Below, piece by piece: positions 21,629 to 32,000 of a stretch of 32,000 nucleotides of DNA. The DNA lies in contig BAAFSQ010000031.1 in the NCBI GenBank assembly GCA_054661495.1, positions 1 to 32,000 on the forward strand, written 5' to 3'. Under the pieces are notes generated by a model. It was given only the letters and a program-made list of their open reading frames with translations. It had not been told where the DNA came from and ran no database searches. The stretch's first letter is position 1, and each line of letters starts with the position of its first letter. The position numbers and the translations under genes were made by a program. This DNA comes from Zygophlyctis sp. KS116 (taxonomy: Eukaryota > Fungi > Chytridiomycota).

Positions 21629-24600
21629 TTAACTCGAGTATCCAGACTTTCGTATCTCTGCCAATTTATAACGCGCAGTCTGAAGAGCTTTTTCAATTTC
21701 TAAAATTGAGACTTGGGCATCCATTTCCTGAACCTTGTAATCATGTCGTCCAAGTTTCTCTACTTCAGATAGGGCTTTTGCTTCAGCTATAGATTTGGAG
21801 GCGGATTTGGCTGCCTTGACTAAAAGGGCCGTTGCCTCTCGGACTGCTACTGCTGCTGCTTCCAGTTTGTCTTGGGTTTGGGAAAATGGGACAGCTTTTA
21901 CTCTTGAAGCTGCGACAAGTTGAGTGGTTGCTACAGAGACTTCTTGTGCGGCAACTACCAGCTGTTCCCAAGAATGTGTATCGTGTATAAGACCATCAGC
22001 AACTTCAACTAAATATGTGGTAGCTACAGAGACAGATTTAGCTGCAGATATTAAACCTTCTGTCCACTTATTATTCTTCTTGTAAAATGCAACATTAGAT
22101 GAATTTCCACGGCCCTGAGCGACAATTTCTCTTTCAGATGCAGTTGCACATTTTATCAAGTTTGAAATTGCATTTGTAATTGCCATGGCTGCTTCAAGGA
22201 TTGCAGAGTGGACTTGAATTTGTTGAGGTCTAGATATCAAGCTAGCTAAATGTGCTGCAGCTTCTTCTATAGCTTTTGCGGCTGATCGCATTTCTCTTTC
22301 TACTGCATCTCCAAGTTCTGATTCCAACAATTTTAGATTATCATCTTTGGGAGAAATTTTCTCAACTACTAATCCTAGAGTTTTAAAAGAGTTTTGAGCT
22401 TCTTGTACTCCCTTTTCAATAAATTCTGGTCGGTAGGAAGAATGGAGAGTTGCTAGACGAGAACTTTGGCCATTTATAAAGATATTTCTGCAGTCCAAAA
22501 CACAAGTCTTCAAACTTTTTAATAATTCTTCTGAAACAGCATCATCTTTCGCAAGGCGATTGACTCCTTTTACATTGTTAGTGAGCTGTACAACTGATCC
22601 TAAAAATGCAGTCATTGGTGTAATAACATCCTTTGGATCTCCTCCTTGCGAGACCTTAATTATAGAGTTACCAAAATCAGAGCTGGAAGATTGAGCCTTT
22701 TCTAAGACCGAAAGGACAAATTCTGGTGAAGCTCCTTGATTTCCAAGGTAAGATGGTGAATCAATTTGTATCAATAGTTCATCAAAAGTACTTGCAGAGC
22801 CATTCAAGATTCGATCTAACATTAGACATTTAAGGAAGCGCACCAAGTAATAAGCTCAACTCTGAATTATGATCTAATTGCATTTTTTGTAATTTTGAAC
22901 TTATTTCATTGCTCATACTATCAGCATTCTAAAGATTAGCGCAAATAAAAAAATACCTGCTGTTGTTGCGCAAAAGCTAAAATGGTTTGGTCCAAACTAG
23001 CCTTTAGAACTTCTATTTCTTCAGCGTGTGCCTAAAAATTTACGGAGAAATATTTACTAAATCTGCACGTTGGGAATCGTCTTTCGCAAGCTCAAGTTGT
23101 CGTCTAAGCGCTTCTATTTCAGATATTTTACCCTGTCTGTCAATAATACTAAATTACATTGAGAGAATTTTCAAAAGCCATCTTTTCATTGTTAAATCTA
23201 GAAACCAAACCAGCGACCTCTGCACCCTTTGAATTTGAAATATCCGACAAAGATGATTGTGCGTCTCGTAGCTCCTTCCGTAATTGACCTATTTCCTCTG
23301 CGTGTTGGTTTCGAAGCCTCTCGGCCTCATTTCTAAAACGATCGCGCTCAACAAGTAAATCAGTCATTTCATCTGATTTCAACTTTGATATAAAAGTTTG
23401 ATAAATAAGTACCTTAAGTTCTGTCCTTATTCTTTCTAATTCTGCTTTTGATTTATGTGAATCATTTAAGTCAGCATCCTTTTTGTCCTTTAATGATGTT
23501 AGAAGGTCGATATGTTCTTTACGAAGTTGGGAATAAAGCTTTGCTAAAGCTTCATACTTTTGTTTCCAAATATTTACTTCCTCTATCATATCAATATTAT
23601 AAGCGCACCTGTAAGCCTCCTAATTGTTTCGTCATCATTTTTAAGCTTAAAACTATTCAGCTGATCTTCTAATGCTCTCATTTTTGAAAGATAATCCTGA
23701 ATAGTATTTCGGTCAGTCAAAGATTGCATTCGCGCATTTTCAAGTTGTGATTGCGCATCAACTAACCGAGACTGCATTAGCTGGAACTCTAATTGAGCAG
23801 CTTGATTAGCACTTTGCGCTTGTTGCTGCATCATCCGGATTCGCTCTTCTTCCATTCTTAGTTTTTCAGCATTTTGACGTTTCAACTCCTCTTCTCTTTG
23901 ATGCTGCAATTCCAACTCCCGCATTTTTTGTAACTCTTGCTGCCTTTGTAGTTCTTGCTGCCTCTTTAACTCTTGTTGCTTTAAAAGAGCTTGCTGCCTT
24001 TGTCTCTCTAATTCTTCCTGTTCCTTTTGCAATTGCTGTTGAAGCTACTCTGTTTAAAAAAAGTAAAGTACCCTCTCTTGTTCCTTCAAAAATTCATCAT
24101 CATCCTCATCCTTTTGTTCTTTTTCCAAGCTTTGAACTTTTGGCTTTCTGACTGGTGGTCCTTTTACTAAAAAATCTGGAGGATCAGCCGACAAGTGAGG
24201 AATTGTAATTAGAGATGTCAAATATCTCAACGCTTTACAATCTTCATAAAACGCATAAAGTTGATTATGAGAATTTTTGAATAATACCCGTAGAGGAGAC
24301 AAAACTTCAACAGATCCAATAACTTTACCATTAAAGAACCCAAAAGATACCTTGATGCATTCCTGTTAACATTGAAACCAAAAATTCATAAACCCCATAA
24401 CTTTCTTCTACCAGTGGAACTAGAGCCGATATTCTTGCTTCATTGTTACTTGTTGCTCTTAAACTAGAAAAAACATATTTTTGTAAAACATCAATTTTCC
24501 CCAACATTTCAAGTAATTCCTCAATAGTATGATAACCTTCATTAGGATCCTGTAATCCTTTAATTGAAATATATTCATCATAATCAAAATTTCCAGAGAA

Positions 24601-25052
24601 TTCAGGATGTAAAGCATGATAATCAAGTTTACTAACCAAAAATTGTACGTACGCCTTTATCAGATCTGAATACCCCCCATAATGCCCCGCAGTCCTTGAG
24701 AGCGACTGTAAAAATGGAGTTTCTCTAATTCCTTCCTTTAGAACCTAGAATTTAGAAAACTTAAATATACGCCTGGATGACCCTGTCTAACAACTTTATG
24801 GAGCATAATCATTAATTTAAATACAACGACTTCGTCGCCTAAAGCCGGAAAAGACTTTATTGCTCTCCAAAAGCTCCCTGCGCCTCTAATATCCCAAGTG
24901 TAAAGCATGCATCCACGGACATGTTTCTGCTTTGGCGCTGATTCCTCTGTAGAAAGGGCTTTACGGATATGAACGGCCAAATCTTCTTCCATCTTTAATG
25001 TACCAATCGCAGGCCTCTGTCCCTGTGACCCTGGATACTGTTGATTATACAT
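21629..25052 (-). CDS. SLA2: Endocytic adaptor Sla2/End4 (HIP1R): ANTH, coiled coil, I/LWEQ (THATCH)
   Basis: ESAPKQKHVRGCMLYTWD, RISALVPLVEESYGVY, WKQKYEALAKLYSQLR, FYKKNNKWTEGLISAAK, QLVAASRVKA. Introns 24745-24770, 24323-24350, 24045-24071, 23583-23608, 23383-23412, 23133-23157, 23032-23057, 22929-22956, 22816-22843. Confidence 0.95.
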
Positions 25053-25243
25053 GAGTTATAAATCTAAAAACCCAAAACTACTCCACCAAAAGTCCGAGTT
25101 TTGTTCGGAGATTTTCTTTCAAAAAATAAAAAAAATCTAGTGCACCTCCATGTTTGCCACTGTATTACTAAAATCTAAATTTATTAAACGTTTTAAAATC
25201 TTGAGTTTTTCCATTTTATGAAAAGTGAAGATTTACAAAATTT

Positions 25244-27759
25244 ATGAAAAAAATCAATCCTTCAGTCATTGAGTTTCTCTCTCTAAAGAATCAGCAGGTG
25301 AGACCACAGTTGGGAATTTTACTATCAAATGAGAAAAGTCAGTGTTGGACTGTTTTAACAAATGGGCATCTTTTTACTCATGGATTAAATAATATTAGAT
25401 TAGTTCTCTCTGATACTGATCAGTTTCTAAAAGAATTCAATTCTGAACCCCTTCATCCTGCTGGTCTATCAATGAATACTCTTGATAGATTGGACAAAAT
25501 TCCTGAAATTTTAGGTGCTATAAAGGATTTGGAAGGAGAATCTTTGAAAAAGGAATATTTAGAATCTATGCCTCTAGAATTCAAAAAATCAAAATATGAT
25601 ATAGAAGAATTAACTCGAGAATTTAGATTTCTTAAATCAGATACATCTAATAATTTTATTTCAAGTAAATGGGCCACATACCAAACAATTCTAAAATCTC
25701 AAAATCTATTTAGAATTTATGAAAATCCTTTAAAAGGAATGGAAATTGAATGCTTTTCAAAAGATCAAACTGATTTTTTTTCATCTATTGGTTACAAGGA
25801 AGAAGAGCTTATAGAATTTATTAGGAAATGTTTAGACAAGTCAATTCATAATTCTTGGTCAGAATTTGAATTGAAAATCATTGATTTGCTAAAAAAAGGT
25901 GTGATTTCATCAAAAAAGTATCCAGATATTCACAAGAAAATTTCATTTGATATATTGCGCAAAACTGAAAAGTATTTACCAAATGATTCGGATTTAATTG
26001 TGTTTTTAAAAGATTCTGGTTTAGTGGCTCCATGGGAGACCTTTTTACAAAGATCTACTGGTTTATGTAGATTTGCAGATGTTCCTGTAAAAGATGAAGA
26101 GAGAATTACAAAGGAATTCGAAGAAGAGTATTCAGATAAAATGTTGAAGGATATAAATACATTGGAGACTTCTGATGGTAGCTTAAGTTTTGAATCGATA
26201 ACATTGCCGGAAAAATATTCTTGGATATCTCCAGATTTTGTCCCTGAAGGGGAAATTCTAGATTTACCTTTTTCAAGAGATGTTTGCAGTCATATCAGAA
26301 AAGATTTTGGTGATTTACCTGGTAAATAATCTTGATTTAATCTTTCATAGTTTACATAATTGATGCCGATACCGCACATGAAATTGATGATGGAATATCA
26401 ATTGAACATAATCCTGACGGTGTTTGGATACATACTCACGTCGCTGATCCAACAGTATATATGCAAGCGAATCATCCACTTTCACTGTTTGCACAACTTA
26501 GGCATTCTAGTATTTATTTTCCAGATAACCATTTGCCACTTATTCCTTCTAAATTAACAGATGAAATTTTCAATTTGGGAAAGTCACCATTTGCAGTCAC
26601 GTTTTCAGCAAAAATGGACTCAAAGGGAGATATTCTGGACTATACAGTCCAGCCGTCCATAATTAAGAATGTAATGCGAATTAGTTATTCAAGAGCTGAT
26701 GGTTTGATTGACGAAATTGAAAATGATACCCAAGATCAGGGTGCATCAAGGGATTTAAAAGAAATTAAAAAGTTGACGGAAAAGCATATTCAATATAGAA
26801 CTAATCAAGGGGCTATAAACGCAGACTCAAAAGGAGAAGTCAGACTCACTCCTTATCCATTTATAGATCCATCAAAATCATGGAATCCTCCTCCCGAGAA
26901 ATATCCCAAGATTTTTATAGATAATTATGATCTCAAATCTAGAACCATGGTGTCGGAATGTATGATTATTGCTGGAAGAATTGGTGCACGTTTTTTTACA
27001 GATAAAAAGATTCCTGCAATTTACCGTGTACAGGAACATCCCCAACTTTCAAATCAAAATGATCTTAAAGACTTTCAATCTATAATGGATAAAAAAGATC
27101 CTATAACTGGTGTACTTCCAATTTTTGAATCTCGTAAATTAGGTCGATTTGTTCGCAGCGCAGCTTCATCAACTCACTCCATGCCTCATTTTGCCATGGG
27201 ATTAGATGAAAACGGCTATTTAAAACTGACCAGCCCATTAAGACGATATACAGATTTAATACTTCATTGGAACATAAAGGCTTACTGGTCTAAAACTAAA
27301 TTTCCATTTTCAGAGGATGATCTTTTGTCAATGATCCCCAGACAGACTATTTTGGACAATCAGCTTAAATATTTATCTCATCATTCAACCCGCTTTTGGT
27401 TATATGAGTGGATTAGAAGACGTCAAGTTCTATACAAGTCTCCACTGGTGAACATTGATGATGGTATTGTACCTCATGAAAGTGAATTTGGAATTCCAAG
27501 AACCTGGACGTGGAACCTCAGAACAAACAAATATGCATCTGAGTACCCTTTATACAAGGCAATAATTTTGGAGATTGTGGAAGACCGTAAACTATTAAAA
27601 GTTTGTCTACCCTCTCTAGCATATTTAATCAATCCATGCTTTTATGTAAGAAATAGCCCAGAATTATTTGTGGGAAACTCAATCAATGTCCGTGTTTTTA
27701 ATGTTGATCCTGGAATGTTGGAATTGAAATTGGATTATATACCAGGAAATGATCAATAA
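25244..27759 (+). CDS. DSS1: RNase II/RNB-family exoribonuclease (mitochondrial Dss1/Rpm1-like)
   Basis: RKDFGDLPVYIIDADTAHEIDDGIS catalytic motif formed across intron 26322-26350; MVSECMI, PHFAMGL, TSPLRRYTDLILH. Start codon uncertain. Confidence 0.85.
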
Positions 27760-27881
27760 ACTATATATTGTTTTATTTACACGACATATTCTCTTTTTAT
27801 CCATTCTAATTAAATGATCAATCTTACATCCATTTTAACGTTTAAACCATATAGTAATCGAGCATTTTCCAAACAAAAAAT

Positions 27882-27956
27882 GGTTTCATAGTGTAGTCGG
27901 TTTATCACGTGAGCTTAACATGCTCGAGGTCCTGGGTTCGATCCCCAGTGAAACCA
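27882..27956 (+). tRNA. tRNA-Val (anticodon AAC)
   Basis: Acceptor stem GGTTTCA/TGAAACC; anticodon arm TGAGC-TTAACAT-GCTCG; T arm CTGGG-TTCGATC-CCCAG; followed by a TTTT Pol III terminator; no intron. Confidence 0.95.
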
Positions 27957-28134
27957 TTTTACTTATTTTGAACTAGTGACCGTATCTGCAGTTTGGTAGT
28001 TTTTTTGGAATTATTATTTTACCGTTTTCGCATTTTACCAAATCCTCCGACTGAGTCATATTGTAATAGAATGAAGCATGATGCGAATCAGTCACAAGAG
28101 AAAATCCTAAAATCAAATTCTTTCAAAATTGCAA

Positions 28135-29172
28135 ATGATGAGCACAAATTTGCCGTATGATGCAGCAGCTCCACTACAAGCCAAAGATTCTCTTGGCATC
28201 CATGATCGAATGACTCAATTTGTAACTAATCTTCAAAAGGATATTGTAGCAGCTCTGGAAGTATTTGAAGGATCGGGAGCATTTTTAAGAGATTCATGGA
28301 CTAGAGAAGAAGGAGGCCATGGAACTTCATGCGTTTTACAAAAGGGAAAAGTATTTGAAAAGGCCGGTGTTAATGTCTCAGTTATAAATTCTTGTGCTCC
28401 TCAGGCAATGATTCAGCAAATGAGAGCTCACAGAATTCCGACACTCTCAAATGATACTAAATATGATATGTCGGTCGCTGGTATTTCACTTGTGATTCAT
28501 CCGCATAATCCTCATGCGCCAACTGTGCATTTGAATTATCGCTATTTTGAATTACTAGAAGGAAATAAAGTCGTTGCTTGGTGGTTTGGAGGTGGTTCCG
28601 ATTTGGTAATTCACATTTTTAAAAGTATAGACTCCAGCTTATATGTACGAGGAAGATTGTGTACATTTTCATAGTCTTTTGAAGGCTGCTTGCGATACAC
28701 ATGATTCTTCATATTATCCAAAATTTAAGAAATGGTGTGATGAATATTTTGTAAATACTCATCGTGGGGAGTCAAGGGGGATAGGAGGGATTTTTTTTGA
28801 TGATTTAGATTCTAAAAGTCCAATCGAGTTATTCAATTTTGTTTATGATTGCGGAAATTCCTTTATAAAGCAATATATACCTCTGATTGAAAAAAGAAAA
28901 GATATGGAATTTACTAAAGAACAAAAGGAATGGCAGCAATTGAGAAGAGGTAGATATGTGGAATTTAATTTGGTAAACTGATTTTTTGATTTAGAATCTA
29001 GGTTCATGATCGGGGAACAAAGTTTGGACTCTCTACTCCTGGTGTACGGATAGAGTCTGTTTTAATGTCATTGCCTCTCACGGCACAATGGGAGTATATG
29101 CACGTACCAGCTCCAGGATCTCCTGAAGATGATTTACTCAAAGTTTTAAGAAATCCAAGAGACTGGTTATAA
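28135..29172 (+). CDS. HEM13: Oxygen-dependent coproporphyrinogen III oxidase
   Basis: [67 protein letters not shown]; introns 28606-28630 and 28973-29001. Confidence 0.96.
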
Positions 29173-29198
29173 TAATATAAAAATAAGTTTTAATTTTT

Positions 29199-30518
29199 TT
29201 AGTAATTGCAATGTCCCAAATATCTTGAGGCGACAGGCCAATCTTTAACATTCCAGATTCCAGTGATGTATGCGAGATATCTTTCTAGTCCCATACCAAA
29301 TCCACCATGCGGAACAGTTCCATACCTTCGAAGATCTAAATACCAATCATAGTCTTCCTTCTTCATTCCAGATGCAAGAATTCTCGATAGTAAAAGATCT
29401 AGAGACTCTTCTCTTAAAGACCCACCAATCAGTTCTCCAATTTTAGGAACCAGTAAATCAGTACATTCAACAGTCTGTCCATCAGGAGAAAGTTTCATGT
29501 AAAAAGGTTTCACAGATGCAGGATAATTTGTTATAAATACAGGCCCTTTTACATACTCTTCTGCAAGATACCTTTCATGTTCTGTTTGTAACGATAACCC
29601 CCATTTTACAGGATATTCCCATGTTCTTTTAGCTGATTGTAATATAGAGATAGCTTTAGTATACTCCAACCTTCCCCAAGGCTCTAAAAATCTTTTTATT
29701 CGTTCATCCCTAGACGTATCTATATATTTTGAACAAAATACCAAATCTTCATTATTTTCAACAATATCTTTTGTAACTTTGATCAATGAATCTTGTATAA
29801 AATCTAGTAATTCATGAATATTAAAAATAAATGCCATTTCCGCTTCCAACATCCAAAACTCTGCCAAATGACGTGTAGAAGCTGATGTCTCTGCTCTAAA
29901 TGCAGGATTTAAACAATATACCCTTGAAATCCCAGAAGCCAACATTTCTAAATGCAATTGACTTGAAACTGTCAAATATGCAGGTTTGGAAAAGAAATCA
30001 TTTTTTCCACTTGAAACTTGAAAGACATCACCCCCACCTTCTGCATCATTACCAGTTAGTATTGGAGGATGAGTCTGAAGAAAATCCTTGTCATGAAAAA
30101 CCTTTGAAATCGAATTAATTGCCAAACTTCTGACTCTAGTTGTGATCTGATGAATCCTAGTCCTACTCTTCAAATGTGCAAACCTACGAAGATATTCCAG
30201 TGGTAATTTAGTCTTTGCCAAGGGATAATTCTGATTTGATGTTCCTAAAACTTTTAATTGCTTTGACACTAATTCAAAATCCTGTCTCTCTCCTGGCCTT
30301 TTTTTATAATCCCCTTGGACTAATAGACAAGTCCCATTCGTCAAGTCCAAGCCTTGTAACAGTTGCGAATCTAAAACGACTTGTAAGTCATTCAGAGTAG
30401 AACCATCTGATAACGCAAGAAACGTTGTTTTTGCATGCGATCGTATGGATCTGATCCATCCCCCTACAGAGACATTTGAGATTTCATTTGTTGCAGTCAA
30501 GAGCCGTTTGACATTCAT
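29199..30518 (-). CDS. SLM5: Asparaginyl-tRNA synthetase, mitochondrial/bacterial type (Slm5/NARS2), intronless
   Basis: LTVSSQLHLE, FRAE..STRHLAEFWMLEAE, LQTEHERYL, GELIGGSLRE, WYLDLRRYGTVPHGGFGMGLER. First ATG at 30518; frame open up to a TTG at 30575. Confidence 0.95.
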   Translation of the reverse strand: MNVKRLLTATNEISNVSVGGWIRSIRSHAKTTFLALSDGSTLNDLQVVLDSQLLQGLDLTNGTCLLVQGDYKKRPGERQDFELVSKQLKVLGTSNQNYPLAKTKLPLEYLRRFAHLKSRTRIHQITTRVRSLAINSISKVFHDKDFLQTHPPILTGNDAEGGGDVFQVSSGKNDFFSKPAYLTVSSQLHLEMLASGISRVYCLNPAFRAETSASTRHLAEFWMLEAEMAFIFNIHELLDFIQDSLIKVTKDIVENNEDLVFCSKYIDTSRDERIKRFLEPWGRLEYTKAISILQSAKRTWEYPVKWGLSLQTEHERYLAEEYVKGPVFITNYPASVKPFYMKLSPDGQTVECTDLLVPKIGELIGGSLREESLDLLLSRILASGMKKEDYDWYLDLRRYGTVPHGGFGMGLERYLAYITGIWNVKDWPVASRYLGHCNY

Positions 30519-30587
30519 GTTGTAGGCAAAGTTTGACCTACAAACAATCAAGTTGAGGAGCAGGTGCGGGGTCAAATTTAGCGAAAA

Positions 30588-31687
30588 ATGGAAAATTTAA
30601 TTTTAGAAAACTCTTTTGCAACAATTAAACAGACTTTGCTTCCATCTGATGACCCTCGGAACAAGTTTTACCTTGTTATTCATGGTGACGAGGAAAATTT
30701 AAATTATAAAATTGTGTCTGAAGAAAATTTAAAAGGTATATTTCCCAAAAAAAGATTAAATTCTAGACGTGGAAAATATTTTATTTAAAAAGCTCTATTG
30801 TATTTCTAAAGAGAAAAACTTTCAATTGCTGAATTTGGTGACAGTACAAAATCAACAAGATTTTAAAGACATAGCCCTTACGAAAAGCCTAACTCATCCA
30901 AGCGTCAAAATACTGAAAGAGATTTCGAAACCTAAACCGCTTGCAGAAACACAACAAGTTAAAGTCAGTAATAACCCATTTGATGCTATTAAAAAATCAA
31001 AGAAAGCAGGACTCAATAAAGAATCGTTCTTTGCTGCCTTTAAGAAGCACGATCAAGTGGAAAAAAATGAAAATTCCGTCAAAGTTGCGCCCAAAACTTC
31101 AGAAAAGTCAATTCAAGACTCAGAGGTTGCTGTAAAAACGGACTCAGTAGCTCAAAACTCCAAAGATGTAAAAACTAGTAATAATCAAGATTCGGTGGTT
31201 GTAAAAAAGAAATCCTCAGTTCAAAATTCCAAAAACGCAAAAGCCAACAAAAATAAAGACCCAGTGGTTGTTGCACAAAAGAAATCTGTACAGAAAAAAG
31301 CCGGATCTAAAGCTTCAGAAAAGAGTCTAGTTCAAGAAACTACTCTAAAGGATATGTTTGAAAATGATAAAAAAGGAAATGAAATTGAGGATGATACTCA
31401 CGAAGATCAACATAAGGAGGAGGAACAAGATTCTCAAGAATTGATACAACCCAGGAAAGGTAGAAAAAAGAGAAAGGTTATAAAGACAATGACATTTTCG
31501 GAAGGAAAGTATATGAGTAAATTCTTATCAAGTTAATGTGATAGAAACCAGAGATGTGGAAACATGGGAGAGTTATTCTGAGTCAGAGAATGAAAAAACT
31601 AGCGGTAATGCGTTTAGTGAATTACCAAAAAAGAGAAAATCTCAAAGTCAACAGCATTCGATTTCTTCTTTTTTTACAAAAAAATAA
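30588..31687 (+). CDS. POL32: DNA polymerase delta subunit 3 (Pol32/Cdc27/POLD3)
   Basis: RKKRKVIKTMTFSEGKYMKTRDVETWESYSE motif and C-terminal PIP box QHSISSFFTKK*; introns 30736-30766 and 31517-31544. Confidence 0.85.
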
Positions 31688-31689
31688 AA

Positions 31690-32000
31690 TTATAATGGTT
31701 TCACCCAGCCTGCTTCGTAAAAAAATTCATACACTTTTGTTGCTTTTTGAGGATCCACATCTTTCAGTAAAGCTTTAGACATTGATGGCGTTAGATAACC
31801 TCGTGATACATATGCTCTTAAAAGGATATCCTTCATTAGAAAATATGCTTTTGGGTAAATACGAAGATTCGAACACAAGTCTCGTTCTCCTTGTAGTAAA
31901 AGTGAATATGATTCAGCTTGAGTTATATCTAGGGGGTTTGGAGCTTTTCTATGTGCAGCTCCTCCCTGCCTTCCCGGTGGAGTTATCGATTCATCTTTAG
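31690..32000 (-). CDS. ADA2: Transcriptional adaptor Ada2, C-terminal SWIRM domain (5'-truncated by window edge)
   Basis: RKAPNPLDITQAESYSLL..ERDLCSNLRIYPKAYFLMKDILL..KATKVYEFFYEAGWV* matches the Ada2 SWIRM domain. Confidence 0.85.
   Translation of the reverse strand, partial: KDESITPPGRQGGAAHRKAPNPLDITQAESYSLLLQGERDLCSNLRIYPKAYFLMKDILLRAYVSRGYLTPSMSKALLKDVDPQKATKVYEFFYEAGWVKPL

Noticed and set aside
23800-24045. Repetitive Q/E/R/L stretch resembling a repeat element
   Set aside because: Normal Sla2 coiled-coil low complexity.
25150-25243. Presequence-like upstream ORF (MFATVLLKSKFIKRFKILSFSIL*) as DSS1 exon 1
   Set aside because: I found no GT-AG pair that joins it in frame to the 25244 ORF; left unresolved.
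27957-28134. Possible snoRNA or Gcn4/AP-1 site (TGAGTCA at 28052) between the tRNA and HEM13
   Set aside because: No convincing box C/D arrangement, and a single 7-mer is not significant.
1466-31687. Fragmented ORFs read as pseudogenes, programmed frameshifts or an alternative genetic code
   Set aside because: Every break is resolved by a short GT-AG intron that restores conserved motifs, and TAA, TAG and TGA all terminate genes.
1809-32000. Short antisense or alternate-frame ORFs in the track (e.g. 1809-2084, 4649-5107, 9943-10149, 18724-19368, 29900-30400, 31554-32000)
   Set aside because: Shadows of real genes with no recognisable motifs; many start at non-ATG codons.
1-32000. CRISPR arrays, transposons, rRNA, or a prokaryotic origin suggested by ATGA overlaps
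   Set aside because: No repeat-spacer arrays, transposase/RT motifs or rRNA were seen; the genes are eukaryote-specific and intron-containing.

Overview
AT-rich (roughly 30% GC by eye) eukaryotic nuclear DNA, most consistent with an early-diverging (chytrid-like) fungus. It carries fungal-type CEG1, DEF1, SLA2 and DMA1 together with the cobalamin chaperone MMADHC, which Dikarya lack; the taxon is an inference. By manual splicing I reconstruct 22 protein-coding genes (two run off the window ends) and one tRNA-Val(AAC). The genome is extremely compact: about 57 GT-AG introns, almost all 23-33 nt, and only about 1.26 kb of intergenic DNA in 32 kb. The ORF track misses a complete 76-aa, 3-intron HAP2/NF-YA gene packed between SLA2 and WDR59/SEA3. 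The most striking signal is operon-like packing of same-strand genes. HAP2 starts 2 nt after the SLA2 stop. The HAP2/WDR59 and ATG11/lipoyltransferase pairs overlap stop-on-start (ATGA), both inside the identical 10-mer TTTAGAATGA. This suggests polycistronic transcripts resolved by termination-reinitiation or splicing, or promoters buried in upstream coding sequence. All gene calls rest on motif recognition by eye; no database search was run.
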